The notes under the pieces are model-generated. The model saw nothing but the letters and a program-made list of their open reading frames with translations. It searched no databases and had not been told where the DNA came from. Positions 23,501 to 33,523 of a stretch of DNA of 64,000 nt are shown one piece after another. The stretch comes from Emiliania huxleyi CCMP1516 (Eukaryota): NCBI RefSeq assembly GCF_000372725.1, contig NW_005201249.1, positions 148,198 through 212,197 of the forward strand. Direction: 5' to 3'. The first letter of the stretch is position 1; every line of letters starts with the position of its first letter. The translations under genes and the position numbers were made by a program.

Positions 23501-24719
23501 GTCCGTAGAGGACCTGGTCGCCGGCAGGAGGGCCGGCAGGGCAAGGGGAGGCGTGGGGGGGAGAGGGCAGGCTCGGGGCGCGTGCGGGGGGCAGAGGGCG
23601 AGGAGGCGGGAGAGGGAGAGGGAGAGGTGGGGGGGGGGGGGGGAGCACGCGATGAAGCGAGAGTGGTATCGCCGCAAAGTATCCTGGAAGGTGCTAGCGA
23701 CGGCCAGGCGGCGCCAGCAGGTGTCTCGGAAGCGTCTCGGAAGCGTCTCGGAGGTGTCGGTGGGTGGCACCAGAGCAGGCGTGGCACCAGAGCAGCTTTG
23801 GGAGTCGCAGCGTGTGTGTGGGAGTGTGTGTGGGGTGTGTGTGTGTGTGGGAGGGTGTGTGTGTGGGAGTGTGTGTGTGTGGGAGGGTGTGTGTGTGGGA
23901 GTGTGTGTGTGGGAGTGTGTGTGTGGAGGGTGGTGTGTGTGGGAGGGTGTGTGTGTGGGAGGGTGTGTGTGGGAGGCAGTGTGTGTGGGAGGGTGTGTGT
24001 GGGAGGCAGTGTGTGTGGGAGGGTGTGTGTGGGAGGCAGTGTGTGTGGGAGGGTGTGTGTGGGAGGGTGTGTGTGTGTGTGAGTGTCACCCAGCAGCCGA
24101 AGAGGACCGCCACGAACTTCATGAGCTCCTTGAGGTGCAGCCGCTCCTGCTCGCGGCGAGAAGTTGTCTCGGGGGTTGGAAGAACGGTCCGAGAAGCGTC
24201 TCCGAAGTGGCAGGCGCGGCGTGCCACCTTGAGAGTGGCGAGGGCAGCCTGCGTGTCGGCGGTATCCTTCGCCGCCTGCTCGCGGATGCGATCCCGCGCC
24301 TGCTCGTACCACGGCCGCGCCGCTCGCCGCTCGCCGCAGTCCGCGCAGTCCGTCCCGTACCCGCACAAGTCGCCTTCGGCGCCTCTGCCGCCGTCGTCAC
24401 ACACCCCGTCGCCCGCGCTGAAGCAAGTGTCGGAGCAGGCCGTGCCGCCGGGCGCAAAGGGCGGCGCGGGCGGGTGCGGCGGCGGCGAGGGCGAGAGGAC
24501 CGGGCGCGGCCCACAGTCGTCGCAGTCGGTGCCATAGTCGCACGGCTTCCACCAAAATATGTGCGCTGGCGAGCCGGGCCCGCCATCCTGGCAGACGCCC
24601 TCGACGGCGGGCACGGCGAGGCTGCGCCGGCCAGACGAGGCCGTATTGCACGTGTTGGTGCACAGCGTCTCCGGCTCTCCACCCAGCCAGCCCAGCGCGG
24701 CAGGCGAGAGCAAGAACAT
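20548..24719 (-). CDS. Multi-exon membrane protein with signal peptide, two Cys-rich C-DGG...C-YGTDC-DCG modules and a low-complexity tail; spans a gap
   Basis: MFLLSPAALGWL; CTNTC...GVCQDGGPGS...CDYGTDCDDCGPR and CSDTCFSAGDGVCDDGGRGAEGDLCGYGTDCADCGER; hydrophobic exons LMKFVAVLFGCW and VLYGLYFTWSFF. The exon linkage across the gap is assumed. Confidence 0.55.
22470..22745. repeat. Nested tandem repeat: about 25-bp coding-like unit alternating with (CAGATCTCCC)n arrays
   Basis: CGCCTGAGGCACGGGCTGCGAGACGCC occurs three times plus one degenerate copy, separated by 10-bp repeat arrays. Confidence 0.9.
22903..23250. other. Assembly gap
   Basis: Run of N. Confidence 1.
23811..24082. repeat. Intronic GT/GGGA-rich minisatellite
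   Basis: Repeats of GTGTGTGGGAGG(GT/CA) variants. Confidence 0.9.
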
Positions 24720-25069
24720 CCTTCGATGCCTGCCAGAACCGCGGCCACCTTTTGCGCTCTTTTTTTCTTTTTTCTTCGAGGTTCTCGAGGTGGAAATCCT
24801 TTGCGCTTTGGCCGCGTTGGGTAGCGAGGATTGGTGTGACGCGATCCACCGAGTAGAGGGGCGTCCTGCACTCTATTATTGAATTATCTCGCCGGCGTCC
24901 TTAGTTTCCGAGAAGAGAGAGATTTTAGAAAACCAACCAACGGAGAGGACCGTCCAAAAACCCACCAGTGTGTGTGTGGGATTACGCGCTACTATTTGGA
25001 GCACTTGGAGTTATTATTCTGCGATTGTGCCTATATTGCTTTAACGCATTTGACAGCACGAGGAGGAGC

Positions 25070-26317
25070 TCATCCCACACCCTCATGCACGTGTGTATTC
25101 GACGCTGCGTGTATGGAGATGAGCTCCTCCAACGCGACGAACGTGAAGATGAGAAGCAGATCGAGCCGCGTCAACCCGTCGCCGGCGGCCGCATCGAGCT
25201 GGCAGGCGCGCCGCTGCCCCGTGTTGGGCACACACCCGCACGAGTCGTTGTCCGTCGTGTAGCTGGCAACGTGGCCTCGATGGACGTCTCGTCTCGTTGC
25301 AACCACGGTCGTCTCGTAAGGGGCGCAGCAGATGCGCGTCGACGGAGCCCTCCCCACCCGAAGGCCAGTGATACCGTCTGCGCGCGTCAGCGTTAATCGA
25401 GACGAGTTTGATGACATCGTGCCGTATGGTCTGCCACTAATGGTCACCTCGCACGGCGCGAAGTTGAAGCCGTTCGACATCAGCGTCCGCGTGGTGGTGG
25501 CATCACGCGCGAACTCGGCGACAACCGTGGACCTGTCGGCGGTCACCAATCGCGCGCTAAACTGATACCCGTGACAGTTGGAAGAGGCATACTCGAGCTC
25601 GAGCACAACCTTGCCGGTGGCGTCACGCATCGGCTGCCTTCCTTCGGCCAGGTCGGTCCCGGGAGCAATAACTTTCCGACCGACTACTTGGTTGTCTCGC
25701 CGACGGAGCATGACGTTTTCAAGGTCGTTCACGACTGCCATGCTACTAGCAAGCAGCGATGGATCTATCATGACGGCTGGCTGTGGCGCCTGCATCTGGA
25801 GCTGCACTTGCTGGCCTGCAGAGACGCCGGCGGCGGTGTCGTGCCTTTGCCGGTTCTCCCTTTTCGCCGCTGGCCGCTTGCTCTCCTCGTCCAGCGCGGT
25901 GCCCGCGATGCAGCGGACGTCGGGTGCTTCACACCAGCCTACACCACCCGGCAGGAGGACGCGCCATGAGCGGCCGGCGGTCTCAGGAGCAAAGCTGTTG
26001 TCGGGGCAGCTGATGCCGCAGCTCTTGCTGCCTTGCTTCTTCGCATGACCCACCTTCCACCCGTCACAATACCACATCACCACGCTTGGGTCGCCATCCT
26101 TCTTCTCGTAGGATGGCATTCCGTTGACGACCCGATCGTGTCGCTTTACGAACACGCCGAGACGCGAGCACTGTGCGCCGCCAGGCGTCATGCCGACCAG
26201 AGCCACTCGCTCCGCGCCGCGATCGAACTCGGCTTGCAGCACAGCGCCGCCGCGGAAGCGAATGTAGGAGCGTCTTAGAGCCTCCAATCGTCCGTTTTGA
26301 GGCCCGACCCACAGCAT
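25070..26317 (-). CDS. Hypothetical protein; C-terminal half resembles a Tubby/scramblase/LURP-one-like fold
   Basis: Intronless 415-aa ORF. VVNGMPSYEK...VMWYCDGWKVG module, then a beta-rich region with small Cys clusters and a terminal hydrophobic helix LDLLLIFTFVALEE. Confidence 0.45.
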   Translation of the reverse strand: MLWVGPQNGRLEALRRSYIRFRGGAVLQAEFDRGAERVALVGMTPGGAQCSRLGVFVKRHDRVVNGMPSYEKKDGDPSVVMWYCDGWKVGHAKKQGSKSCGISCPDNSFAPETAGRSWRVLLPGGVGWCEAPDVRCIAGTALDEESKRPAAKRENRQRHDTAAGVSAGQQVQLQMQAPQPAVMIDPSLLASSMAVVNDLENVMLRRRDNQVVGRKVIAPGTDLAEGRQPMRDATGKVVLELEYASSNCHGYQFSARLVTADRSTVVAEFARDATTTRTLMSNGFNFAPCEVTISGRPYGTMSSNSSRLTLTRADGITGLRVGRAPSTRICCAPYETTVVATRRDVHRGHVASYTTDNDSCGCVPNTGQRRACQLDAAAGDGLTRLDLLLIFTFVALEELISIHAASNTHVHEGVG

Positions 26318-26569
26318 GGCTGCGGCAGCGGCTTAGGTGCGGCAGCGGCTTCAGCGGCTGAGCCGCCCTGGGGTCGCCCGACCAGCCAGCGGAATTTTTT
26401 CCGTTTTTCATTTTTTTATTTGTCTTTTTAGCCACGAAAGGTGTGACGCAATTACACATTCTGGGAGCTTTGAGCCTCCCCGCAGTTGAGTTGCTGGCCG
26501 TGCACGATGTATTGATCGGCTAATTAATCCGGCATACCGGCCACCCACCCGCCCGGCACGCCACGCACG

Positions 26570-26573
<4 letters not shown>

Positions 26574-26629
<56 letters not shown>
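26574..26629. repeat. (CA)n microsatellite
   Basis: Perfect CA run. Confidence 0.97.
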
Positions 26630-26630
<1 letters not shown>

Positions 26631-27083
26631 CAGACACGCGAACACAAACAAACACGAACGCGGCCGCACTCGATCGCCGCACCACCCGAGACACGAATGA
26701 ACGATACTGAACGAGGACTAATGAACGCGGACCAGACACTACGAACGATACTGAACGAGACTCTAATGAACCATCGATGGACACGGATCAGATCTCATGC
26801 TGCATCAGACTCATGGTTGGGGATGGAAGATCCAAGTCACCCATTTGTCTTTCTTCGATTTCGAGACGTCGCCATCCGCGGAGATGTAGCACTTGTCGGC
26901 ACTGTTCTTGTACATGCAGAGAGAATTTGTGTCACACCACGCGGAACGCATCTCCATCGCTTCGGTGAAGGGGGTGAACCGTGCCATCCTCGATCGCCGT
27001 GCAAAGCTCGCTTCCGAGCTCTCACGCCGCGCGTAGGGCCCTTAGGGGCCTAGAGAACACAACCCCCTCTCTCTTTTCTCCCA

Positions 27084-27602
27084 GTACAAGACCGTGCTCG
27101 CCATCAACCACCGCAAGCGCTCCGCCAAGCACTTAGAGCTCCAGGGCGACATCCTCGCGACCGACGTCCGCCCGCGCGACGACGGCATGGAGGTGCAGGA
27201 GGCCTCGGTCAAGACGGCGTCCACCTACCTCCAATTCTACAACGCGGTCGGGGTGACAACGCGTCCGCGGAAGGCGCTCTCCGAGCGTATATCGATATTG
27301 AGCTCGAGAAGGGCAAGCCCGTCATCACGCAGGGCACGCCCGGGGTGATGAGTGCCAAGGTCTACTTCGACGCCAAGGTGCAGCGGCTGGTGACGCAGCG
27401 CCGTGCCGCCGGCGACCCCATCTCGCACATCGAGGCGTCGAAAACCGTGTCCGCGCGCGCAATTCAGAACGGCACGTTTCGCGAGGAGGACATGTTGTAC
27501 GGCCACAAGTACAACGACGACGACCAGATGCGCGCGATGTTCGACCCCAATTTCGCCGCGCACAGCGTGCCCACGTCCTCCATCGTGGTCCGCCGCTCAT
27601 AA
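27084..27602 (+). pseudogene. Coding-like fragment of unknown family (two segments, no start codon)
   Basis: Strong GC3 codon bias in YKTVLAINHRKRSAKHLELQGDIL... and SAKVYFDAKVQRLV...; preceded by a pyrimidine tract and CAG acceptor. Confidence 0.35.
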
Positions 27603-27834
27603 GTGTGCGCCTCCTCGAGTGCGCCATCATCGCATCATTCAGACCCCCCGCGATCAGCGAGATGAGATCAATGCCCCTCAAGTGCACTACCTATGCCTTC
27701 ACTCTGCTTTTTCGTAATATCTTTCGTCCAGATTTTCGCAACGCGGGGGGGAATTTCGCCCGTCTCACAACACTAGGCACAAGACGGTGATCGTGTGCAC
27801 GGCCTACCCGGGAGTACGGTAGGCGAAACAAATA

Positions 27835-30786
27835 TTACCCTTCGAGCGCCCCGATCGCCTCCGTCACCGCGGCCACGAGCCGCGACGCCTCCCCCTCGCT
27901 GCGCGGCCCGTCCCTCCTCCACCTCGCCGCGTCGTGGTGCCTCGCCGCATTCGCCCAGATACGCAGCGAGTGCAGCTGGCTCCGCAGCTCTGTCGGCAGG
28001 CCGCACTCGCGGTGCCAAAAGTTGATGCGCTCCTCGAAGCCGTCGGGCGCCGCCGCAGAGCGCGAGGCGTACGCAGCGTCGAGGCGCGGCATCAGCGTCT
28101 TGAAGGCAAGCATCATGTTGTCCTGGATGCGCGCCTGCGCGTCGCCGCCCGTGCGCATGCCGCGCACCTGCACCGAGAGCGGCGAAGGCTCGTACCCGGT
28201 GGTGCGGGCGACTGCCGCAGCGGCCTCGTCTCCAAAGACCGGCGCAGCCTCCTCCACCCCAGCCCCGCCCTGCGCGCCAGACAGCAGCGCCCGGAGCGTC
28301 AGCAGCGCCTCGGGCAGTGTGGGCCGCTTGCGCAGGCTGTCGTGGCAGAGGCTCTTATGCCCGTCTCCCGCCTTCGCGAGATCCTTTACTACGCGTGCCG
28401 CGTTGACTGGCCAGCCCGCAGCCACGTCGGCGAGCTTCGCCGCGTCGATGTCGGTCCAGTCCTCCTCGAACTCGTCCTCGCACCGGTCGGTGAGCTGCAC
28501 CTCGGACCGGTTGGTGAGGCAGACGAGGAGGGTGATGCCGATGGCGTAGCCGTCCGTCTTGCTCGAGTACTCGCCTCCCTTGGTGATGGAGGGGCAGAGG
28601 TAGCCCGTGGTCATGTAGAGGGCGGTCGAGCGGCAACGGACAGACGCGTCGGGACGCTGGTCCTTGGCGAAGCCCGTGTCGGCCAAAACTGCGGTCAGCT
28701 TCTCGTCGAGCAGGATGTTGTCCGGCTTGACGTCGCGGTGCACGATGCCCTTCGAGTGGAGGTAGACCAGCGCCTCGGTCGCCTCGCACGCAATACGCAC
28801 GCGCTGCCGCCACGTCAGCGGCCTCGGCGCCTCTTCCATGCCCAGCCGGCGGAGCTGCGCAGCGCGGTCGGGATCCGAGATGCGCAGCCGCGCCTCGAGC
28901 GAGCCGCCGCGCATCAGCGGCGAGAGGAGGCAGACGCCGTCGGGCGAGAGGCAGTAGCCGAGCAGCGGCAGCAAGTGCGGGTGGCTCACCGCCTTGAGCA
29001 GCTTCACCTCGAGCTCCGCCCGTGACAAGCCGCCCGACTGGCCCGACTTTGCCCGCTTGACGACGAGCGGCAAGTGGCGCAGCTGCGGAGGCGCGGCGAG
29101 GGAGAGGTGGAGGTCGGCCGACGCCTCGTAGACGTGGCTGAAGCCGCCGCTGCCAATCAGCTTGCCCTCTGCAAACCCGTCGGTAGCCGCGGTGAGGTCC
29201 GACAAGGCTATCTCGACTGGCCGAGCAACAACCGCCTCTTCCGCCGCGGCTGGCTCGGCGGCGATAGGCAGAGTTGCCAGCTTCGACTCCGCCGCGCTCA
29301 CCTCCTCGGCCAAGGCAGGCAGCGCGCCCACGTGCGGCCTGGCGGCGGCGATGCCCGCTCGGAGCGCGGAGGGGCTGTCCGCTGCGTCGAGCGACTTGAG
29401 CGCGCCCATCGCCGCACCATGCGCCTTGCGCAGCCGCTGGCTGTCCCGCCTCCGCGCCTCCTTGAGCTTGTCGCGCGCGCGCCTCGCCGCCGCCAGCACG
29501 GCCGGACTCGCGAGGCTACTGCACGTCTCCAGCGCGCTCGCTAATCCGTCGTACGAGCCAGCGGCCACGGCCTGCTGCAGCGCCTGGTCCGCTGCGGCGA
29601 TGGCAGTTGCGTCGGCGGGCGGAGGAGATGGGGCTCGCGGTGGGGTTGGCGGCGGCAGAGCGGCGGTGACGCTGGGGCCAGGCGCCAAGACGACTGCCTC
29701 GCCGCCGCCGCTCTTCTTCTTCTTCTTCTTCTTGCCCGTCTTGCTCTTTGCGCGCTCCTCCTTCTCCGCCTCCTCCTCCGCCAGCAGCGCCTCGGCATGC
29801 CGCGCCGCCTCCGCTTCTGCCGCCGCTCTCTCCGCCTCCCTCACCTCCGCCTCGGCAGCCCACGCCGCCTCCTTCGCCGCCTGGTCAGCCGCCGCCTCCG
29901 CCGCCGCATGCTCCTCGATGACGCGCACACACTCGAAGTGGCCCTTCCCCTTGGCGATATGCAGCACCCCGCTGTTGTTAAACCCGACCGCCGCCGTGTC
30001 TGCGCCCGCTCGCAGCAAGCGCCGCATGATGGCAGGGCGGTTGTAGAAGGTGGCGAGCATCAGCGCGGTGCCGCCGTCGCTGCACGACAGGTTGACCTCA
30101 GCGCCGCACCGGATCAGCAAGTCGACCACACGTTCGTCACCTTGGGCGGCGGCGCCCATCAGCGCGGTGCCGCCGCTGCTACTCTGCAGGTTGACCTTCG
30201 CCCCACGCCGCAGCAGCATGTCGACCACCCGCTCGTGGCCGCTGGTGGCGGCGGCAAGCAGCGCGGCGTTGCCGTTGCTGTCCTGCTTGTTGATCTCAGC
30301 GCCATGCCGCAGCAGCAGCTCGACCACCCGCTCGTTGCCGTACACGGTGGCGCTCATCAGCAGCGTGAGGCCGCTCAAGCCGCCTCTCTCGTACGTCGCG
30401 TCGGCCCGCCCGCCACTGCCGAGCCACGCCAGCACCGCTGCCTCGTCGCCTTGCTCAGCTGCTGTCACTACCTCATCGGAGACTGAAGCGGCACCGCTCG
30501 GCGCCCACTCCGCCGCCGCCGGCGGCGACAGATTATCCGGCCGCACGCGCACGCTCTCGCCGCCGCCCTCGAGCGCCACCGCGTACCGCCCGCCCTCGAA
30601 GCTCTGAGCCACGCCCCGCTTCCCGTTCAGCTCGGGTCGGGCCGAGAGCCCGCCGAGCTCGACTCGCTGGCCGAGCAGCGGCGCGTCCACAGCTGCCGCT
30701 GCCGCGCCCGACGAAGCGCCGACCGCCCCTGCCCGGCCGTCTGCAGCCGCCGCCGTCTGAGGCACGTCTCGTTCCCGCGCCTCCAT
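27835..30786 (-). CDS. SH3/KOW-like module + ankyrin repeats + coiled coil + IRAK/Pelle/RLK-like kinase + C-terminal HEPN(DUF4145)-like domain
   Basis: Intronless ORF of about 983 aa. Ankyrins GGTALMGAAAQGDERVVDLLIRCGAEVN (about 5 copies). Kinase LIGSGGFSHVY, VVKR, LTWRQRVRIACEATEALVYLH, HRDVKPDNILLD, DTG, TTGYLCP. Tail LHSLRIWANAARH. Confidence 0.9.
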   Translation of the reverse strand: MEARERDVPQTAAAADGRAGAVGASSGAAAAAVDAPLLGQRVELGGLSARPELNGKRGVAQSFEGGRYAVALEGGGESVRVRPDNLSPPAAAEWAPSGAASVSDEVVTAAEQGDEAAVLAWLGSGGRADATYERGGLSGLTLLMSATVYGNERVVELLLRHGAEINKQDSNGNAALLAAATSGHERVVDMLLRRGAKVNLQSSSGGTALMGAAAQGDERVVDLLIRCGAEVNLSCSDGGTALMLATFYNRPAIMRRLLRAGADTAAVGFNNSGVLHIAKGKGHFECVRVIEEHAAAEAAADQAAKEAAWAAEAEVREAERAAAEAEAARHAEALLAEEEAEKEERAKSKTGKKKKKKKSGGGEAVVLAPGPSVTAALPPPTPPRAPSPPPADATAIAAADQALQQAVAAGSYDGLASALETCSSLASPAVLAAARRARDKLKEARRRDSQRLRKAHGAAMGALKSLDAADSPSALRAGIAAARPHVGALPALAEEVSAAESKLATLPIAAEPAAAEEAVVARPVEIALSDLTAATDGFAEGKLIGSGGFSHVYEASADLHLSLAAPPQLRHLPLVVKRAKSGQSGGLSRAELEVKLLKAVSHPHLLPLLGYCLSPDGVCLLSPLMRGGSLEARLRISDPDRAAQLRRLGMEEAPRPLTWRQRVRIACEATEALVYLHSKGIVHRDVKPDNILLDEKLTAVLADTGFAKDQRPDASVRCRSTALYMTTGYLCPSITKGGEYSSKTDGYAIGITLLVCLTNRSEVQLTDRCEDEFEEDWTDIDAAKLADVAAGWPVNAARVVKDLAKAGDGHKSLCHDSLRKRPTLPEALLTLRALLSGAQGGAGVEEAAPVFGDEAAAAVARTTGYEPSPLSVQVRGMRTGGDAQARIQDNMMLAFKTLMPRLDAAYASRSAAAPDGFEERINFWHRECGLPTELRSQLHSLRIWANAARHHDAARWRRDGPRSEGEASRLVAAVTEAIGALEG

Positions 30787-30949
30787 CGAGCAGCTCAAAA
30801 GAATTCCGAAAGCCGAATCGTTTCGGAAGCATGGGGGATATCGTTTCGCGCTGGATGACGACGGATGGGATCAATATAGACGCCAGGGTCGACCGTCGTC
30901 GTCCACCGTCGCATAGAAACGGTCCTCGACGCCCCCGTCTCCTCTGCTC

Positions 30950-31863
30950 TTGCACGTATCTGCCGATGCCTCCAAGGACCAAGCCAAACTTCTTATTCCC
31001 AGAATACTCCGCAGCGAGAAACATCAAGCTGCAGTCCTCCACGACCTCGGAGTATTCAGTCTCCGTAAAGTAGGACATCTGCCGGCGGCCGTCTGCCCGC
31101 TACGAGCACCCATATCGAATTGGTGTAAGTAACGAGTGCCGTAGTTTGCAAACAGCCGCCAAAGTCTGACGTCCCCAGCGCCGTTTCGGTCAGCCGCTCA
31201 GCAAAGGTTTCATCCAGAGGAGGGTAGGGGTCGGCCGTTTCGACTTGGTAGGATGTGCACGTGAGATGATACGAGCTCGCCCGCATGCTCCCACTCGAAA
31301 TCTGAGTGTGAGTGTCCGAGAAGCTGAGCGACGCACTAAAGGTGGCTTTGCCGTACGACGCGTCGAGGTTGAAGCCGACGCCTCCAGGTTCTCTGAGTAA
31401 CTAGTCATGGTAGCTTCTTGGGAATCCTTGACGGTCGTGTCGCAACTGTAAGCGGAGGAGATTTCGAAGCCGTCTGGCACCACGTACTGGTGCTGTTCGT
31501 TGGTTACCCCGTTTCCAATGCAGAGAGTCCTCCCCTCCTCACAGTCGTCTTTGCAGATGCGGAAGATCCGACCATTGAAGCCTGGGTCGAGGGGCACATC
31601 TCCTTCATGCGTCGGCCTCGGGTTGCCCTTGAAACCATCGTAGCCCTTTCCAAGATAGTCCACGCCCGGCAAGGTCAAGGGTTTCTCCGTGCCGCATTGC
31701 CGCAGTTATCGTTTGCGGTCGCCTCTGTCACTGGCGCTCCGTGCACAGCCACCTAGGAGGAGGGGCGGCGTGCAAGTCATGTGGGTGTGAAAGGCGGGGT
31801 GTGTACGCGTCTCCAGGGAGCGAAGCGCACCAGGACGGTAGCGAAGACGGCGAAGGCTGGCAT
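30950..31863 (-). pseudogene. MACPF/perforin-like pseudogene with at least three frameshifts, 3'-truncated
   Basis: Signal MPAFAVFATVL|VAVHGA; LPGVDYLGKGYDGFKGNP...DPGF; then in shifting frames VGFNLDASYGKATFSASLSF, CTSYQV...LDETF, and the signature NYGTRYLHQFDMGAR at about 31102-31146. Confidence 0.82.
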
Positions 31864-32249
31864 GCTGGATGTCACATGGTCCTCCTGACTGCTCAAAGGG
31901 GATATGTGGCGCGTTGCGTCCTCCCCGCTCCGTTTTCTAAGGACTAAGCATTTTGTTTAATTAAAAGTGAGATCCGCGGGGTGAACTCCACGCGCCCAAC
32001 AAAGTGAGATCTCGGAAGTCCTTAAACCCACCTTCCACCCGTCAGAACGAGATGCGAGTACTAAAGTGCAGTAGGGTCAGAAATATCTTCTTTGTTTGTG
32101 ATCTGTGTGCGCCGCTGTCTGTCTATGCCGGCGTCGATCGACGGACGTGGGACGACGCGTCGTGCCGACCAGCCAGACACTCACTCGCTCCGCGATCGAA
32201 CTCGGCAGCCGCGCGCCGCGAAGCGGTGAAAAAGTTTTTGCCCGGCGCT

Positions 32250-32445
32250 GTAATCGACGACATCCTCGCCACGGGTGGCTCCGCCTTGGCGTGCTGCGGC
32301 ATCCTCGAGCAGCTCGGGATGCATATCCACGAGGTGGCGGCGGTGTAAGACTACTCGGCGGGGAAGTCGGCCCTGCCTGGGCGTGGGCCGTGGGCTGCTC
32401 ACGGACCAGGGCTACTCGGTCTTCGCGCTCGCGAAGTTCTGCGAC
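32250..32445 (+). pseudogene. C-terminal fragment of a type I phosphoribosyltransferase (APRT-like)
   Basis: PRPP-binding loop VIDDILATGGSALACCGILEQLG...EVAAV, then a stop/frame break and GRGLLTDQGYSVFAL. No N-terminal half is visible. Confidence 0.7.
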
Positions 32446-32670
32446 GACCGCGTCGAGGGCAAGATGCTGTGGGTGGGCTGGTGGCTCGAGCGCGGCACAG
32501 ACGACGGATGTCGTCCTCTCGCCGCACATCGGGAAAATGAACAAGCAGCACTGAGCGCTGCTTGTACGTCTTGGTCCTACGTAGTACGCGTGACGCATAT
32601 CTTGCGCCGCCGTGGCTTGTCACCGGGAAATTCTTGCCCGTACCGCGTACCACCTGTGTTAGTGCCAGTG

Positions 32671-33245
32671 TGTGTGTGTGTGAGAGAGAGATTTTTAGCA
32701 ATACCTTAAAGAGAGGTTACAGGCGGGTAAGGTCCGTTAGCGGGAGATCGGCGGGAGCGGCGCACGTTTCGAATTCGGCGGGCGTTTCGAATTTGTCGAC
32801 GGACCGTTTCAGGTCGCTGCGCTCCCGTATGAGCGAGGCTGCCGACGCTGCCATGATTGAGGCTGCCGACGCCGACTGGCGGCTGCAATACCAAACAAAT
32901 CTAACACTCACGCGTCATTTGGGGCCTGGAGCCCTGTTCACGCGCGCGCGAGACGTGCAGACAGGGTTGCCAGGTGAGAGCGAATGGCGCGGTTCACGCC
33001 TCGCACAACAGAGAGAGAGATGCGCTCTGCATGGTGGGACATAAAAGAGAGCGAGTACTTGGGCGAGTAGGCCGTGCGGTCGACGCTGCCGCGCGCGACT
33101 TTGCGCGCGAGGCGGCGCAGCTTGAGAACGGCGGTGGGCGAGAAGCCGCCGCCGAACGTCTCGTGGAGCAGCAGGTTGAAAGTTGTTGCGCTTGACAAAG
33201 ATCGCGTCGTGGTAGAACAATACCAAACAACTCTAACACTCACAC
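32671..33245 (-). mobile_element. Compound CRE-like retroelement 3' ends (tail, unrelated ~180-bp insert, truncated copy, further 3'-end copy)
   Basis: 32885-33217 is near-identical to 14658-14989 with one extra A. (G)CAATACC recurs at 32698, 32885 and 33218. Confidence 0.8.
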
Positions 33246-33523
33246 TTTGTGTTTGTGTGTGCGCGCGCGCGCCCAGCGTTGAAGTTGGAGCAATTGGAGT
33301 GCATGGTAACCGCGTGCACATCCACCAGGGCCGGGGAGCTAAAAAAGTCCAGGACTGACCGAAAAAGAATTCGCACACGGCCGCTCCACCTTCCTGTCTC
33401 CATCTGGCGACCTTCCTCCAGTTTCTAACTGGCAGTCTCTCGCTACCACAGGCACACTGACAGAGGCGCGCAGGGGTGCGCGAATTCTTTTCTCGGCGGC
33501 GCTCCTTGGACATATACACACAC

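Noticed and set aside
21363..24824. Very long ORFs (500-900 aa) across the gap
   Set aside because: Artefacts of Ns, microsatellites and high GC.
26690..26775. Short ACGATACTGAACGAG duplication as a functional element
   Set aside because: Two copies next to a microsatellite with no further support.
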